From: Oopsacas minuta
Taxonomy: Eukaryota > Animalia > Porifera
NCBI GenBank assembly: GCA_024704765.1
Contig: JAKMXF010000085.1
Coordinates: 1-22,635, forward strand
DNA: 22,635 nucleotides
Direction: 5' to 3'
Shown: one piece after another, positions 1 through 11,240 of the stretch
How positions within the stretch are numbered: position 1 is the first letter of the stretch
Layout: each line of letters opens with the position of its first letter
Translations under genes and position numbers: made by a program
The notes under the pieces: model-generated
Database searches by the model: none
The model's input: only the letters and a program-made list of their open reading frames with translations
What the model was told of the DNA's origin: nothing

Positions 1-1276
1 ATCGAATTCATATTCTAGTTAATACAGCTCTAAGACTAATATCAGATTACAAGCATAACTTGATGCTCGAACTTCGATACAATATACTCTTTACTCTACA
101 AGCATATTCTTCAGTAAAAGATTTCACTTATATAGGCTACTTGTGTCAACTAATGGATTTAAGCAAAGGAAAACGACAAATTATTTGGTACCTGGAGAAA
201 AAGGGGAAGACTGGCTCATACATTCTTCGTGAAATGCAGAATAGTCTCGATGATGAATATCCTTTGAAAGCTACCATATATAGATGGATCGAACGTTTTG
301 ATAATGGCGATGAGGAACTCCACGATGACCCCCGTCAAGCTCGTCCGACTTCCTCAAAAACCAGCAGTAATATCGAGAGGGCGCAAACAATTTTGGATGA
401 GGAAAGATGACTAACCCTGTGAGAGTTAGGAGAGAGGGTAGGTATATCAAAAGCCACACTACACTCGATTATCACTGAAGATCTGGAAATGTCGAAGGTA
501 ACTGTGAGTTGGGACCCGAAACATCTTTAAAAGAACATAAATGCGAAAGGGTCAGAGTTGGCAAAGAAGTAGTTTCAAGGTACAAGGTAGAGGAAGACTT
601 TTTGGATCGTATAGTAACGGAGGATGAAACTTGGTTTCATTATTATGAACCAGAGAGCAAAACTTAATCGAAGCAGTGGAAGAGACGTGATGAAACTCTA
701 CCCATCGAGGTAGAGGCTGCAAAATCAGCTGGGAAGAGAATGGCAACAGTATTTTGGGATAGGGAAGAAATTATACACCTCGACTGGTTGCCTGAGAAGA
801 CAACCATAAACAGTGATTATTACGTTGACGAATTGAAAGAATTGCGTCAAGCAAGTAAACGTGAGAGGCGAGGCAAGTTGACACGTGTCGTATTGCTGCA
901 ACATGACAACGCCAGGCCCCATGTAAGCTCCAAGACAATGACTGCAACTGACGACTTAGGATACGAATGCCTTCCTCATGCCCCGTATAGTCCAGACCTG
1001 GCTTCCCGCGACTACTGGCTGTTTGGAGAGATGAAGAGAGTTCTTCGAGGGAAGAAATTTGAGGATTTCAAACGGCTGGAGTATGAAATAATATAGTGAG
1101 AAAAAGGGAACCCTGAAGAATTCTATACCACTGGGCTGGAAAAGTTACCAACACGATGGAAACGATGTATAAAGTTAAAGGGGAATTTAACGAAATATTT
1201 GATAATCAAATATGATAAGTTTAGGTTTACTGTATGAATTATGAAAAAAGTTTCATTATTTATTGATCAACCCTTG
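1..1276 (+). mobile_element. Mariner (DD34D) transposon M1, defective; left TIR not at the window start (it is found at 9718-9745)
   Basis: Right TIR 1249-1276 (agtttcattatttattgatcaacccttg) followed by TA. It matches 9718-9745 in inverted orientation at 24/28. Reconstructed length is about 1.31 kb, typical of mariner. Confidence 0.92.
153..1190 (+). pseudogene. Mariner transposase pseudogene (HTH + DD34D catalytic domain)
   Basis: ORFs 60..410 and 740..1096 plus the intervening frames give MDLSKGKRQII...TIYRWIERF...DDPRQARP (HTH), WDPKHL (WVPxxL-like), VTEDETW, HDNARPH-34aa-YSPDLASRD, LPTRWKRC. Several stops and frameshifts. Confidence 0.93.
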
Positions 1277-1486
1277 TATAAATTATAACAAACTTCTTTG
1301 ATTTCTTCGATATCTAACATCGATCTCAAAAATTGAAAAAATTGTCAGATAAACTTTTTTTGGACCGCCAGATATGAGCATAGAATTCGCTTTAAATTTT
1401 TATTTCCATTGCTGATTATTTATTTATTAATATCTGGCTTTGTTGATCATATAATCTAAAAGATTAGGCCAAATAATCTCCGCAAT

Positions 1487-2501
1487 ATGGCCAAGACTTT
1501 TGAAATTCTACATTCAACTCGCTCGGAAGCAATTGGGCTATTTCAAGGTTGTTATGGAGTAGTACAAATCTCCCGAATTTGAATGTAAACTGTCCAACAC
1601 TGCACTATATAAATCGTAAGTGGAAAAAAGGTAGGGTCAACCAAGAATCTTAAAAGGCTGGCCGTCCCAAGTTGATGAGAAAAAGAGGTTGCAGGCAGCT
1701 GAAGTAAATCGTAAACAAATTGCGGGTCAAGTTGTAAAAACTTAACCCAACTATTTAACGAAGGGACAGTTCTATAAATATAAAAAAGCAATTTCTCACA
1801 ACCTGCATCATCTTGGATTCTATGCTCGCGGCCCGTGCAAGAAACCGTGGATCTCTAATATCAATCAACAGAAAAGGTTATATTTTGCTTTTAGTCACAA
1901 ATCTTGGGTGTATTTAATTGGAAGCGAATCATTAATCCGATGAGTCGAAGTTTAACTAAATAAACTTAGATGGAAGAATAAAAGTTTGGAGGAATGCCAC
2001 TGTACATTACCTGCAAGAATGTGCAAATATGACTATTAAAGATGTAGGAGGTCAGTCATATTTTGGTGATGTATAGCCAACTGGATAATTGGTCCGAATT
2101 GAAATTGCAACTACAATGAATTCCAATGAATATATTTCCAATATTTTAGAGCGTTTTCTCCCATTCTGGAAGAGAATCAAGCGGAAACACAGAACATTAA
2201 TGCAAGACAATGCACCTTGTCACAAAGCGAAAAACACAATAAGCTGGTTTGGCAAGAAAGGGATACCTCTGTTAACCTGGCCGCCTCAATCCCTGATATA
2301 AATCCCATCGAGAATGTCTGTGAATTATTGGTCATAAATGTCTCAAAGGAGCAACCACAACAGAGAAACCTAGCAGAGTTAAAAAAATCCCTAATAAAAA
2401 ATGGGGCAAGATAAGCGTCCAACAAATAATTAGTTGACCGAAAGTATTCCCAAAGACTCAAGGAAGTCATAAATGTGAAAGTTTATGCTACAAAATATTA
2501 G
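1487..2501 (+). pseudogene. Tc1 (DD34E) transposase pseudogene, Tc1-a
   Basis: Starts MAKTFEILHSTRSEAIGLF, then AGRPKL, CKKPWIS, SDESKFN, MQDNAPCHKAK...WPPQS(P)DINPIE (D34E after repairing a 1-nt deletion), ending ATKY*. Many stops and frameshifts. Confidence 0.9.
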
Positions 2502-2617
2502 AATTGAGAATAATGAAGCTATTTTGACTTCATAACAAATAGCTATAGTGAATATTAAATAATCTCTGCATTGAATATTCCTACCATATACTAGTTTAGT
2601 AGAGTATATGCTCTAAG

Positions 2618-2644
2618 ATTTCAAATACTTTTGTCCAATTAGTG
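2618..2644 (+). repeat. Probable right TIR of Tc1-a
   Basis: ...atttcaaatacttttgtccaattagtg followed by TA; the reverse complement is cactaattggacaaaagtatttg, a Tc1-like terminus. No convincing left partner found. Confidence 0.6.
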
Positions 2645-3303
2645 TATATCATCTAATCGTTGACAACACTACATTGTTGTCGCGACAGTACAAAGCAAAG
2701 AAATGAGTGGATATCTTAAATCATGGAAATGAGAGATAGGAAATATCAATAATCAATTAATCGTATTTAGGCAATAATTCATCAAAAATCATAAATCCGA
2801 TATAAAGATAAATCAACATTATGATTTACGCCAAGCCCTGATCCAATATAGCATTGTCACTAGGGTATGGAATTCAATTCGGAAAGAAAGGAAGGATATT
2901 TAGGGAAATTGGAAACACTGCTGTTTTCTTTGGAACTATTCGACTTTGCCAATTATAACAGAACGAAGACCTTCATGAAATGTCAAAGCTCTATGAAAGT
3001 ATTAATCTTCAAAAATATGTAGTTATAGTTTGGAGAAAAGAATATTATCATGAAACTATTAAAATAGAATCACCAAAACTTATTCTGATATGCTTATTAA
3101 CATACCTGTGCGTGGAATTGATCACACAACTTTAGATCTTTTAGGAAATGAAATGCTGAAGTAGAATCTGTTTGGATTATGAAAATTCAATGAATAATAA
3201 ATAAACAATTCGTTTTGGTAAGAACACGGAAAGAATTGGGCGAGAAAATCCTATGAACATTTAGATTTGGAAAGAAGTTTTTAAATACGACATTAACTTA
3301 TGC

Positions 3304-3855
3304 CATGCTTTGAAAATTTCTAGCCAAATCTGTCTCATGAATATATCATGAAAATGCCAAGGTTGTGGCAAGAACATGGCATGAACTTTTCCAGGCTTTG
3401 GGAAATCTTTGTGGACACATCATCTGACAACACTTCCCATCACACATGAAACTATAGCATGCATTACCACAGGATATTAATTGAATAATATTTAAAAAGG
3501 CAGGTTTGTGACTATAGTTCATGTAAGGTCATGCTTTTTTGAGATGTTGATATCAGAACCCAAAGCTTTGACATGAATTAATAGTTCTTGCAATTTTAAT
3601 ACTAAAAGTCATGATTCTTACCTGGTTTCTTGGGAAAGCCAAAATCTAAGAACGTTGTTCTTGAAATGGGAAACTTGGTGGCGGATGAGATAGGAAATGC
3701 AGGACCGTAGCAAGCTCATGAAAAGTGATCCGGGATTTCAATATAACTCAACTTTCTCAGGCGTCCATCAAGTATAGAAATACATTGTGATTACATAAAA
3801 ACCGGTGAGACCAAACACAGGCTAAGGCCATGAGATGGATAATGAATACAACATG
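3304..3855. repeat. CATG-enriched cryptic repeat region
   Basis: 14 CATG tetramers counted in about 550 bp (roughly 2 expected at this composition), mostly in (t/a)CATGA(a/t) context. Family not recognised. Confidence 0.4.
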
Positions 3856-5252
3856 AAGTTAAAATTCTGAACAAAGTAGCAAAAAATCTATAAGAATATC
3901 GCTGCTTATAGATTTCAAACTGCCGATTTATTGGAAAAACCGATGTAGAATTAACTAAATGGTATTCTACAATGAACGATCATAAATATAACAATATATT
4001 TAGGTGAAATTCACAAATTAAAATTTGACAAAAACTTGTACAATCGCTGGTACAATTCCATTAATTACAACCAGAGCATTAATCCATATATTCTAATTGT
4101 CAGTGCATATATACAATTAAAGGACAAAGATATTCGACGATCATAATTGCAAATATTTTGTTTTCTTATAATTCGCCCATGTAACTAAGATATTCTTATA
4201 CACTGATATCCGTCAATTTACATGAATGAATCTTATTCACGCTTATTCTATGCTTTACAACAAATAATTATTTTATACATCGGATTAATAAGATTGTAGT
4301 CGGATATACTTAGTATTACATGCGGTAAATGGGCGAATACTTTGTCATTTAACTGTATATGGGAATGTTCAGCAATTATGGTATTATAAAACACCGAAAT
4401 ATTACGAGGTGATTTAGATGGATTGAATGACAAGTATATATGTGATATCTACAGTTAGCCTCTACATATGTTGGTATTATTTTTCAAGTTAAATCATTTT
4501 GCGCATATCTCAGAAAGATTCAACAAATAATATAATTTCTTTAGGCTAAACAATACATCAAATATTAGAGGATTTTACGAGACCAAGTGCACATGCGAAA
4601 AATAAGGCCAATATCAAATGAAGTAGATTGAGATTTGAGAATAATTCAAGAAGAATTGGTATATACAGATGGTATAGTACAGCGAATGACCGTACAATTG
4701 AATCCACATAATTAGCGTGGCCTGGTAAATTGATTGGGCACCTCAGTTATTTGCGAAGAATGTAAAATTGTCGCCACAAAATCAGTATGTTCCGAACACT
4801 GAATAAGATTCGAAATCAGAGGAATTTTCTAAACGATTTCTATCAGTTTCATGGAAAAGATGCTTTTCTGATATTAGGGAATCCTGTACCAGACTTACCG
4901 TTGTTGACATAGTTATTTATCAAATCATTTGGGAATTATTCAGGTGGAAAGTTGTAGTAGAGCGGGCATTATTTCGATAGGCCACAAGACTTCCAAATCA
5001 ACATTTTCAAGATCTCCTTGACATTCATTGAGAAACTTGTGGGGAGTGGTATATATAAACGATAAACAGATATTAACGTTTAGTCACACATTTAAGGAGA
5101 TATAGCAAAGTTAACAAGATGTAATCCATACACACGTCATTATACTTGTATTCCAACGAATTGTGTCGGTCTCTACACTGCCAGTCATGCAGGATAGTGG
5201 TGGAAGCCAATTTTCACTAGAGCAAGGCCAAACAGAGTTTACACAAATATAG

Positions 5253-5786
5253 CAGGGTTGGGTTCAAGTACAGTTGTACTTAAGTACACATTCTTGAGTA
5301 TTTTTACCCGTACTTAAATACTGTCCAAATCTAAATGAATTTTAAGTTACTTTACAAGTACTTTTTCAATTACATTTAGAACTTCGATTATTAACTAGAA
5401 TGATTGTTGACTTTGTTTGGAATTTGTTGATCGACACTGTAGTTGCTATTGTTGATCATCGCAGTGCAAGCTCACTAGAATATCATTGATGTGTGGTAAA
5501 TTTAGTAAGCAAAGCAGTACGAACTTTGCTAAAAGTAACAAACAATGATTGGAATCAATCGTAAACACAATTAGGTTTCTATACTTTACGCATATTCAAT
5601 ATATGCATATTTTAAGTACATCAGGAGATGGTTTCCAAGATGATTTCTGATATCTCTTCTTCTAACTTAATTATTGTCTATCAGCAATATAAATTCACAT
5701 TAAGCGTCAAAAGTTTTGAAAATTGTACTTAAGTACTTTCCGAAAGTATCTGTAATTGTAGTTAAGTACTTTCATTTCAATCGTAC
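5253..5786. mobile_element. Non-autonomous hAT-like element (MITE), right end apparently interrupted by mariner M2
   Basis: Begins cagggttgggttcaagtac. The palindrome gtacttaagtac or a variant occurs at 5276, 5310, 5725 and 5758, clustered at both ends. No ORF. Confidence 0.55.
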
Positions 5787-6717
5787 TACGGGCCTTCAAT
5801 AAGTAGTTGGTATTCCAAAATTTTGTAAGTCGGAATATTTCGATCCAGATCAAACCTAATTTTCTAATAACAATCCATCCATTGTGAAGTCAATAATGCA
5901 AAGTTTGTTTAATTCTGATTTTCGTTCTAATATTTGTACCCACTTATATTTTGACAGTTAATTATAGTAACAATTTTAATGGTTTCAAAAGTAACGATTT
6001 CGAAATTGGGTAGAGAGCATATGAGAAGATCAGAACACTGGTCAAATTTCACCAACAGATGTCCACAAAGATTTAGAAGAAGTTTATAAGGATACAACAA
6101 TTCCATATTCCACTATAGTTGATTGGGCGAGACGCTTTTGAAGGTAGAGTGTCCATTGAAGATGAGGCAAGAGTAGGGAGACCAGTTTCCAACGCCAGTG
6201 ATAAAACATCCTGAGGTATCCGCGTTACTTGAAGAGGACCCTCATATCACGCTTGTGGAGATAGCTAATGCGGTTGGGATCTCAACAGGAACTGCCCAAG
6301 CTATTGTACATGGTAATATGAAATTCCGAAAGATATGTGCTCGATGGGTTCTGCATTTACCAACTCAGGCCCAGAAAGCAAAGAGGGTCCAATGCGCTAC
6401 GATATTGCTCTCTGAGTTTGATCGAGCTGACTCCAGAAGATTATTTGAGATAGTAGCAGGTGACGAGACTTGGGTACATTATTCTGAGCCTTTGTCAAAA
6501 AGAAGCAAACAGAGTATGGGTGGTAAAAGGACAGGATCCACCAATGATCCCTCGACATGAATTTCTGGACCCGATGGTTATGTACTGTATATTCTAATGG
6601 TGCAGTGTGCCAGATTTGTGTCCCCAAATACCAAACAATAACAGGCTCCTTCTAAACCAATGAGTGTCTAACAGAAGGTGAAAAATTCTCCAAAATCGAC
6701 GGCCAAGGACTAGACTC
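5787..6717 (+). mobile_element. Mariner M2: left TIR plus 5' two-thirds of a defective transposase, truncated at the N join (6718)
   Basis: Mariner-like TIR tacgggccttcaataagt at 5787. Coding from about 5979: SPTDVHKDLEEVY..YSTIVDWARRF..EDEARVGRP, EEDPHITLVEIANAVGIS, RKICARWVLHL, IVAGDETWVHYSEP (ORF 6198..6560). Frameshifted. Confidence 0.88.
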
Positions 6718-6718
6718 N

Positions 6719-7587
6719 CCATACAAAACGTCGTGAATACTAAGCTGGGAATGTATTCCTTCAAAAGAAAAAAGGTCCATCATCTAACAGACCAAGTTAA
6801 GCAAAAACGAATGTCTAGATGTAAAGGGTTGCTTGAGCGGCACGCAAAACACGATCTCGAAACGATTCTGTTTTCCGATGAGAAGATATTCACTATTCAG
6901 GAAGTTACAAACTCTCAAAATGACAGGATCATATCGGCAACACGTTCTAGTATCCCAGAAAAATATCGATACGTGAGTCGCATACAGAAACTTCAATCTG
7001 TGATGGTATGGGCTGGTGCCTCGGCAACTGGTCGGACACAATTGGTATATGTCCCCCTGGAGTAAAAATAAATGCTATCACCTATCAGGAGCTTATCTTG
7101 GAGCCTGTATTGCAGAATCTAGGTCAAACAATGTATAATGGAGAACCGTTTATATTCCAGCAGGATGGAGCACCGGCTCATACCGCCAATAGTACCCAAA
7201 TCTGGCTCCAACACAATTTTCCAGGATTCATTCAGAAAACAGAATGGCCTTCCTATAGTCCAGACCTGAACCTGATGGACTTTGCAATTTGGTCCATCCT
7301 GGAGACCAATGCTTGCGCCAAGTCTCATACCTCTGTCGAGTGTTTGAAACGGTTTTTAACAAGCGAGTGGAACAAAATACCTCAGGAAAGCATTCGTGCC
7401 GCGGTTGGAGCGTTTTGTGGAAGATTGAGAGCCGTAGTAAAAAAACGAGGAGGTTATATTGAGTAGTAAAGATATTATATATTTCTGATAGTATTCTGTA
7501 AGACGAGTAAAATTTGCCAGCCTATAGCATACAGTTTAGTCAAGCTATTCCACTTTATCAATGGGACAGGACTTCAGGGCCACCCTG
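6719..7587 (+). mobile_element. maT/DD37D transposon, 3' part with right TIR
   Basis: ORFs 6733..7065 and 7008..7466 are joined by a frameshift: ILFSDEKIF..QNDRI, VMVWAG, FQQDGAPAH-37aa-WPSYSPDLNLMD, RLRAVVKKRGGYIE*. Right TIR 7561-7587 (..acttcagggccaccctg) followed by TA. Confidence 0.92.
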
Positions 7588-7809
7588 TATATGGAACAAT
7601 TCCAAAGAAAACATTTAGCTCTGAAAGAGGTGTTAAAATTGTAAAGAATCAAAACGAATGTATTGAACAATGTGAAACCGCTTTTGAATGGACTTTCTCT
7701 CCTATCAATCTAGAGCTATAAGATCCCCCACTACAGAGGAAGCATTGGACAAATCCTTTTTGAAATCCCAGAAATTAATATGAATGCATGATTTGCGATT
7801 CTTTAAAAA

Positions 7810-8290
7810 TAGAAACCTTCTTAAGTTAGTCAATCGCCAAGCTAAGTATAACATCATACTTCAAGATCACCTATAAAATGCTGGAGGAATCTCTACTTAC
7901 TTCTCACCTGAAATCCAAAATCAATTGATTGAAACCATGACTCTTGAGGTATTGATTGAGAATTCTACCCAAGTCATTTAAGCAAAGTTCCTCTCACCAT
8001 TGGTAGATGAGAGATCAAATGCTATGGTAAAAGAACAGATAGCATTTGTTTTAAGATATGCTGATCCAGACAGTAACGTACAGGAACGCGTTAATGGTTT
8101 GGCTACTAGAAGGACAGACAGCTCACACCATCGTACAAACAATAATGCTGAAGAGATAAGAACAAGATCTTACGATAGAGATTTACCTGGTCAAGGATAA
8201 CATTGCGCAGCGAGCATGAGTGGCCAATACTATGGTGTATAAAGCATAATTAATATCTGTGATAAGTGAAAAGGATGTGTACACTCTCGC
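7810..8290 (+). pseudogene. hAT transposase relic (ZMYM1-like / DUF4371 region)
   Basis: LLKLVNRQAKYNIILQDHL, YFSPEIQNQLIE, SPLVDERSNAMVKEQIAFVLRYAD..VQER, PGQG*HCAASMSGQYYGV, GCVH. These match the consensus YxSPxIQNELI / DE..xxKEQxxxVLRYVD / GQGYDGAxxMSG / YVHC. Confidence 0.82.
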
Positions 8291-9049
8291 AAGGGTATGA
8301 AAGGTCGATAATATCGTACTTCTGACCGTGTCTCCCACCTTGAGGCATAGAGCCGAAGAGAGTAGCAACTAATCCAATATGTGGTCGACTTATTTCCTTG
8401 AGGCTCGCGACTCGGCATTAGACCCACCTTCAAACCACATGTTCGAAGCACGCCTTTCGTTATAAGAACAAAGTTTCAATAATTAACAACGAGAAATAAA
8501 ACAATGCTAAAGTAAGGCTGCATAAAATTTTGAAATCACAAAGATTTTGAAAAAGATGATTGCTTTATACTGATGAGCTAACATTTCGTAAACATTACTT
8601 TGATTCCTAGTACTTGGGTTAAAATGAAAATGTTGACGAGATATCTATATATGATGTACCATTGTCGTAGAGTAAGGTGATAATTGCACTTCATCTGATA
8701 TAATAAAATTTGCGGTGGAATTTTAGATAACAATTTATGATTTCACTATATTCCCATATATGGTATGAATTTGTTAATATTACATATTTATATTTACTAG
8801 AGAATAAATACAGAATGTATTGTTGTTTTCAACAATAGATCTGCGAAACATTCAACAGTCAGATATAATTCAACCAATTATACAATATATAGGATAATCC
8901 TAATATAAAATTATGATTTCACTATATTACTAATCACGATATTATTAGTAATTAACACTATAATTTTTGTAAAATTTAACTAGCTTATCAAAAACGCCTG
9001 TGGATTCTAATTCTGGATTATGAAAACATTTTCTATCTTCTCTTCCATA

Positions 9050-9712
9050 TTTCTTTTTGACAATTATATTGATGTCCCACTTCACCACAGATTGAATAAA
9101 TAAGAAGTTTCCAGAAATTTTCATTCAATACTAGACAACAATAGAGGAATAATCCATTGCAACACCACTTAACCCAAGTACAGGTTTCCTACTGAAACGT
9201 ATAGCGAATCCTCTAATCAACTTATGTCATTGCTCTAATCCTTCTACTAAGATATTAGAATTGCCAAGTCCATTATTTCTCTCAATAAATTTAAAAGTAT
9301 CATTCAAAGATTCACACAGCGTATCACTACCCTAAACCTAAGGAAAATGTTCCAAAATCAAAATATTAGTATTTGACTTATGACACAAAATCTTTCTACA
9401 CTTATGCAATAATTGCTAGTAGTAATTTTGTGCATCCCAGCTAAGTTCATGTGAATGTGAGCTAGGTTACCTATCCAATGTAAGCTAACTACATAAATGA
9501 AAACACAATGAAAAACTTGGGTTTGTGCAATAAAAGAACATCCTGGCCATTTTGCTAGGTCTTGTGTTGCCCTTTCCTCCAGGTTGATCAAAAAGTAAGA
9601 TTGCTACTTCATAAATACGTTCCCAAATTAATGATCCAAAGTCTCGAAATGATTGATCCTCTGACCACTTAAATTTACCAGCAGCAATCCGCTAAATAAC
9701 ATTCAAGAATCA
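9050..9712 (-). pseudogene. RAG1-like/Transib transposase C-terminal relic
   Basis: Minus-strand pieces: RIAAGKFKWS..FDQPGGKGNTRPSKMARMFF (compare G.T.dGNxARRFF), LEHFP*V*GSDTLCESL (compare FPW..xPTLHKxL), GLGNSNILVEGLEQ*HKLIRGFAIRFSRK (compare RAG1 SEGNESGNKLFRRFRK, catalytic Glu), and YSICGEVGHQYNC at 9098-9060. Confidence 0.72.
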
Positions 9713-9717
9713 ATCCA

Positions 9718-9857
9718 AAAGGGTTGCTCAATAAGTAATGAGACTAGTGTATCGAATTCATATTCTAGTTAATACAGCTCTAAGACTAATATCAGATTAC
9801 AAGCATAACTTGATGCTCGAACTTCGATACAATATACTCTTTACTCTACAAGCATAT
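9718..9857 (+). mobile_element. Left end of mariner M1 (TIR plus 107 bp identical to window positions 1-107), ending at the N join 9858
   Basis: 9751-9857 is identical to 1-107. 9718-9745 (aaagggttgctcaataagtaatgagact) is the inverted partner of the TIR at 1249-1276. Confidence 0.9.
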
Positions 9858-9858
9858 N

Positions 9859-10088
9859 TTATAAAATGCCATAGGTATGTGATGGAATATCATTACTAGT
9901 AACTAGAGTATATCAGTGAAAAATTTGTATTTGAATATATAACTATTATAATGAATTTAAACAGTATGGTTAATTAATAATCAGAAGTATTAAAAATAGA
10001 AAATGGGTAGTTAATATAATCAGCTAATAACTTATCCCTGGTACAAAAAAATGAAGTTACTGTTAGGCCTTATATTTAGTAAGCTATG
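9859..10088 (-). mobile_element. 5' end (TIR and subterminal region) of the P/THAP9-type element whose body is at 15383-17526
   Basis: 10057-10088 matches 15383-15414 inverted at 31/32. It is followed by tgttagt (10089-10095), identical to 15376-15382, giving a 7-bp TSD. Confidence 0.85.
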
Positions 10089-10095
10089 TGTTAGT

Positions 10096-10331
10096 GAAAG
10101 TCGGAAAATATGGGTCTAAAATGTGTGAACAAAAATAATAAGCACATATTTAATGTTAAAGATCAATTGGGATAGAGAAGGCAGAAAATTAGAATGTCAT
10201 TCGATCTATACATTGTATTTCGAGTATATTACATGTTGCTATAACTTAGACGCCGTAACTAAGGTTGTTTTAGGATATTCATAATGGATAATGAAAATAG
10301 TATTCACTGCCAATAATTTCCGAACGCACTG
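10096..10331 (-). mobile_element. 5' end of Tc1-c (TIR 10302-10331 plus leader), interrupted by the P element
   Basis: 10302-10331 reverse-complements to cagtgcgttcggaaattattggcagtgaat, a 29/30 match to 21978-22007, with TA outside. The internal sequences diverge after the TIR, so these are opposite ends of the element. Confidence 0.8.
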
Positions 10332-10759
10332 TACTTTGTGTTATATTCATAGAATCATTCATTAGCTAAACAGCACCATAACTTATGGCATTTGTGCAGC
10401 AGTTGGCACAGTATTATAATCCTTTTGGCCAGTGACTGCATTTTTATAGAACTAACTGAATATACTTTGTTCACTGCATTGTTTTCAAAATATTTGGTGC
10501 TTCCAAAGTATGACGAATTGGCTTAGGTCAGGACTTAAGCATTTATCAAAGAAATTGCTTAAATAATGGATTGAGCATAAAGAGCTAGAACCTATGCATG
10601 GGAGTTGGCAACTAGCATTATACATTTACTATATATATACACTATAATTATATATAGTATGCATCAATAACAAAGTTCTATTTTTTATCATATCCTCGGA
10701 ATGTGAGGTTCAGCGTAATAAGAACCGTATCATTTCCAGTAAATGGGACTAAACCTGGC

Positions 10760-11240
10760 ACTTCTTGACGATTTATTTTTGTCCTTTGTTGAGTTCCTCT
10801 ATCCTCTGTTGATTCAACTTACAATCAAGTGGTTATCCAAAAGGTAAATCTTTAAAGAATTTATGCCTGAAATATGAAAGTGGCTCACGCTCTTATCACC
10901 GATCCTCTGAATTCCATTTCGAAAGTATCCTCCGGTTACACCTTTGGTGATCCAATTGTATTCTCATTTTTAACACCTGTCATGCAAACATTCTGCAAGC
11001 AAAGCATAACATTCTATCAATTTTGCCAGAATATTCAATCAATCCTTGGTATGTAATATCTTGAACCATGACGCGTGAACTGAGCGCTTTGCGATCACTT
11101 CGATCTTGTACTGGGTAGTTAGCTAATCTTGGTTGGATAGATCCAAACTGAACTATACGAAGTTTTGCTTCACTAATTAGGGAAGTCGTCATCAAAGTGC
11201 AAGGGTCATGATAATCGTTAGAGGACTGTGTTAGAGATGC
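10760..11240 (-). pseudogene. hAT transposase N-terminal relic (TTF-type zinc-finger region, ZMYM1-like)
   Basis: DPCTL...KLRIVQFGSIQPRLANYP...GLIEYSGKIDRMLCFACRMF...WITKGV...SHFH...QQRIEE..NRQEV, compared with the consensus DP..LVxxGPxQP..YP..WLEYS..DxxFCFxCRLF (includes ORF 10980..11195). Confidence 0.7.

Noticed and set aside
1-107. 107-bp direct repeat with 9751-9857 as an LTR or biological duplication
   Set aside because: It is 100% identical, ends exactly at an N join and lies within one mariner leader, so a contig overlap explains it best.
1481-1507. Candidate left TIR of Tc1-a
   Set aside because: Only weak similarity to the right TIR, and it overlaps the transposase start (MAKTFEIL).
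8290-9050. Possible convergent RAG2-like gene downstream of the RAG1-like relic
   Set aside because: No ORF or kelch/PHD-like motif is visible on the plus strand; the region is mostly AT-rich non-coding sequence.
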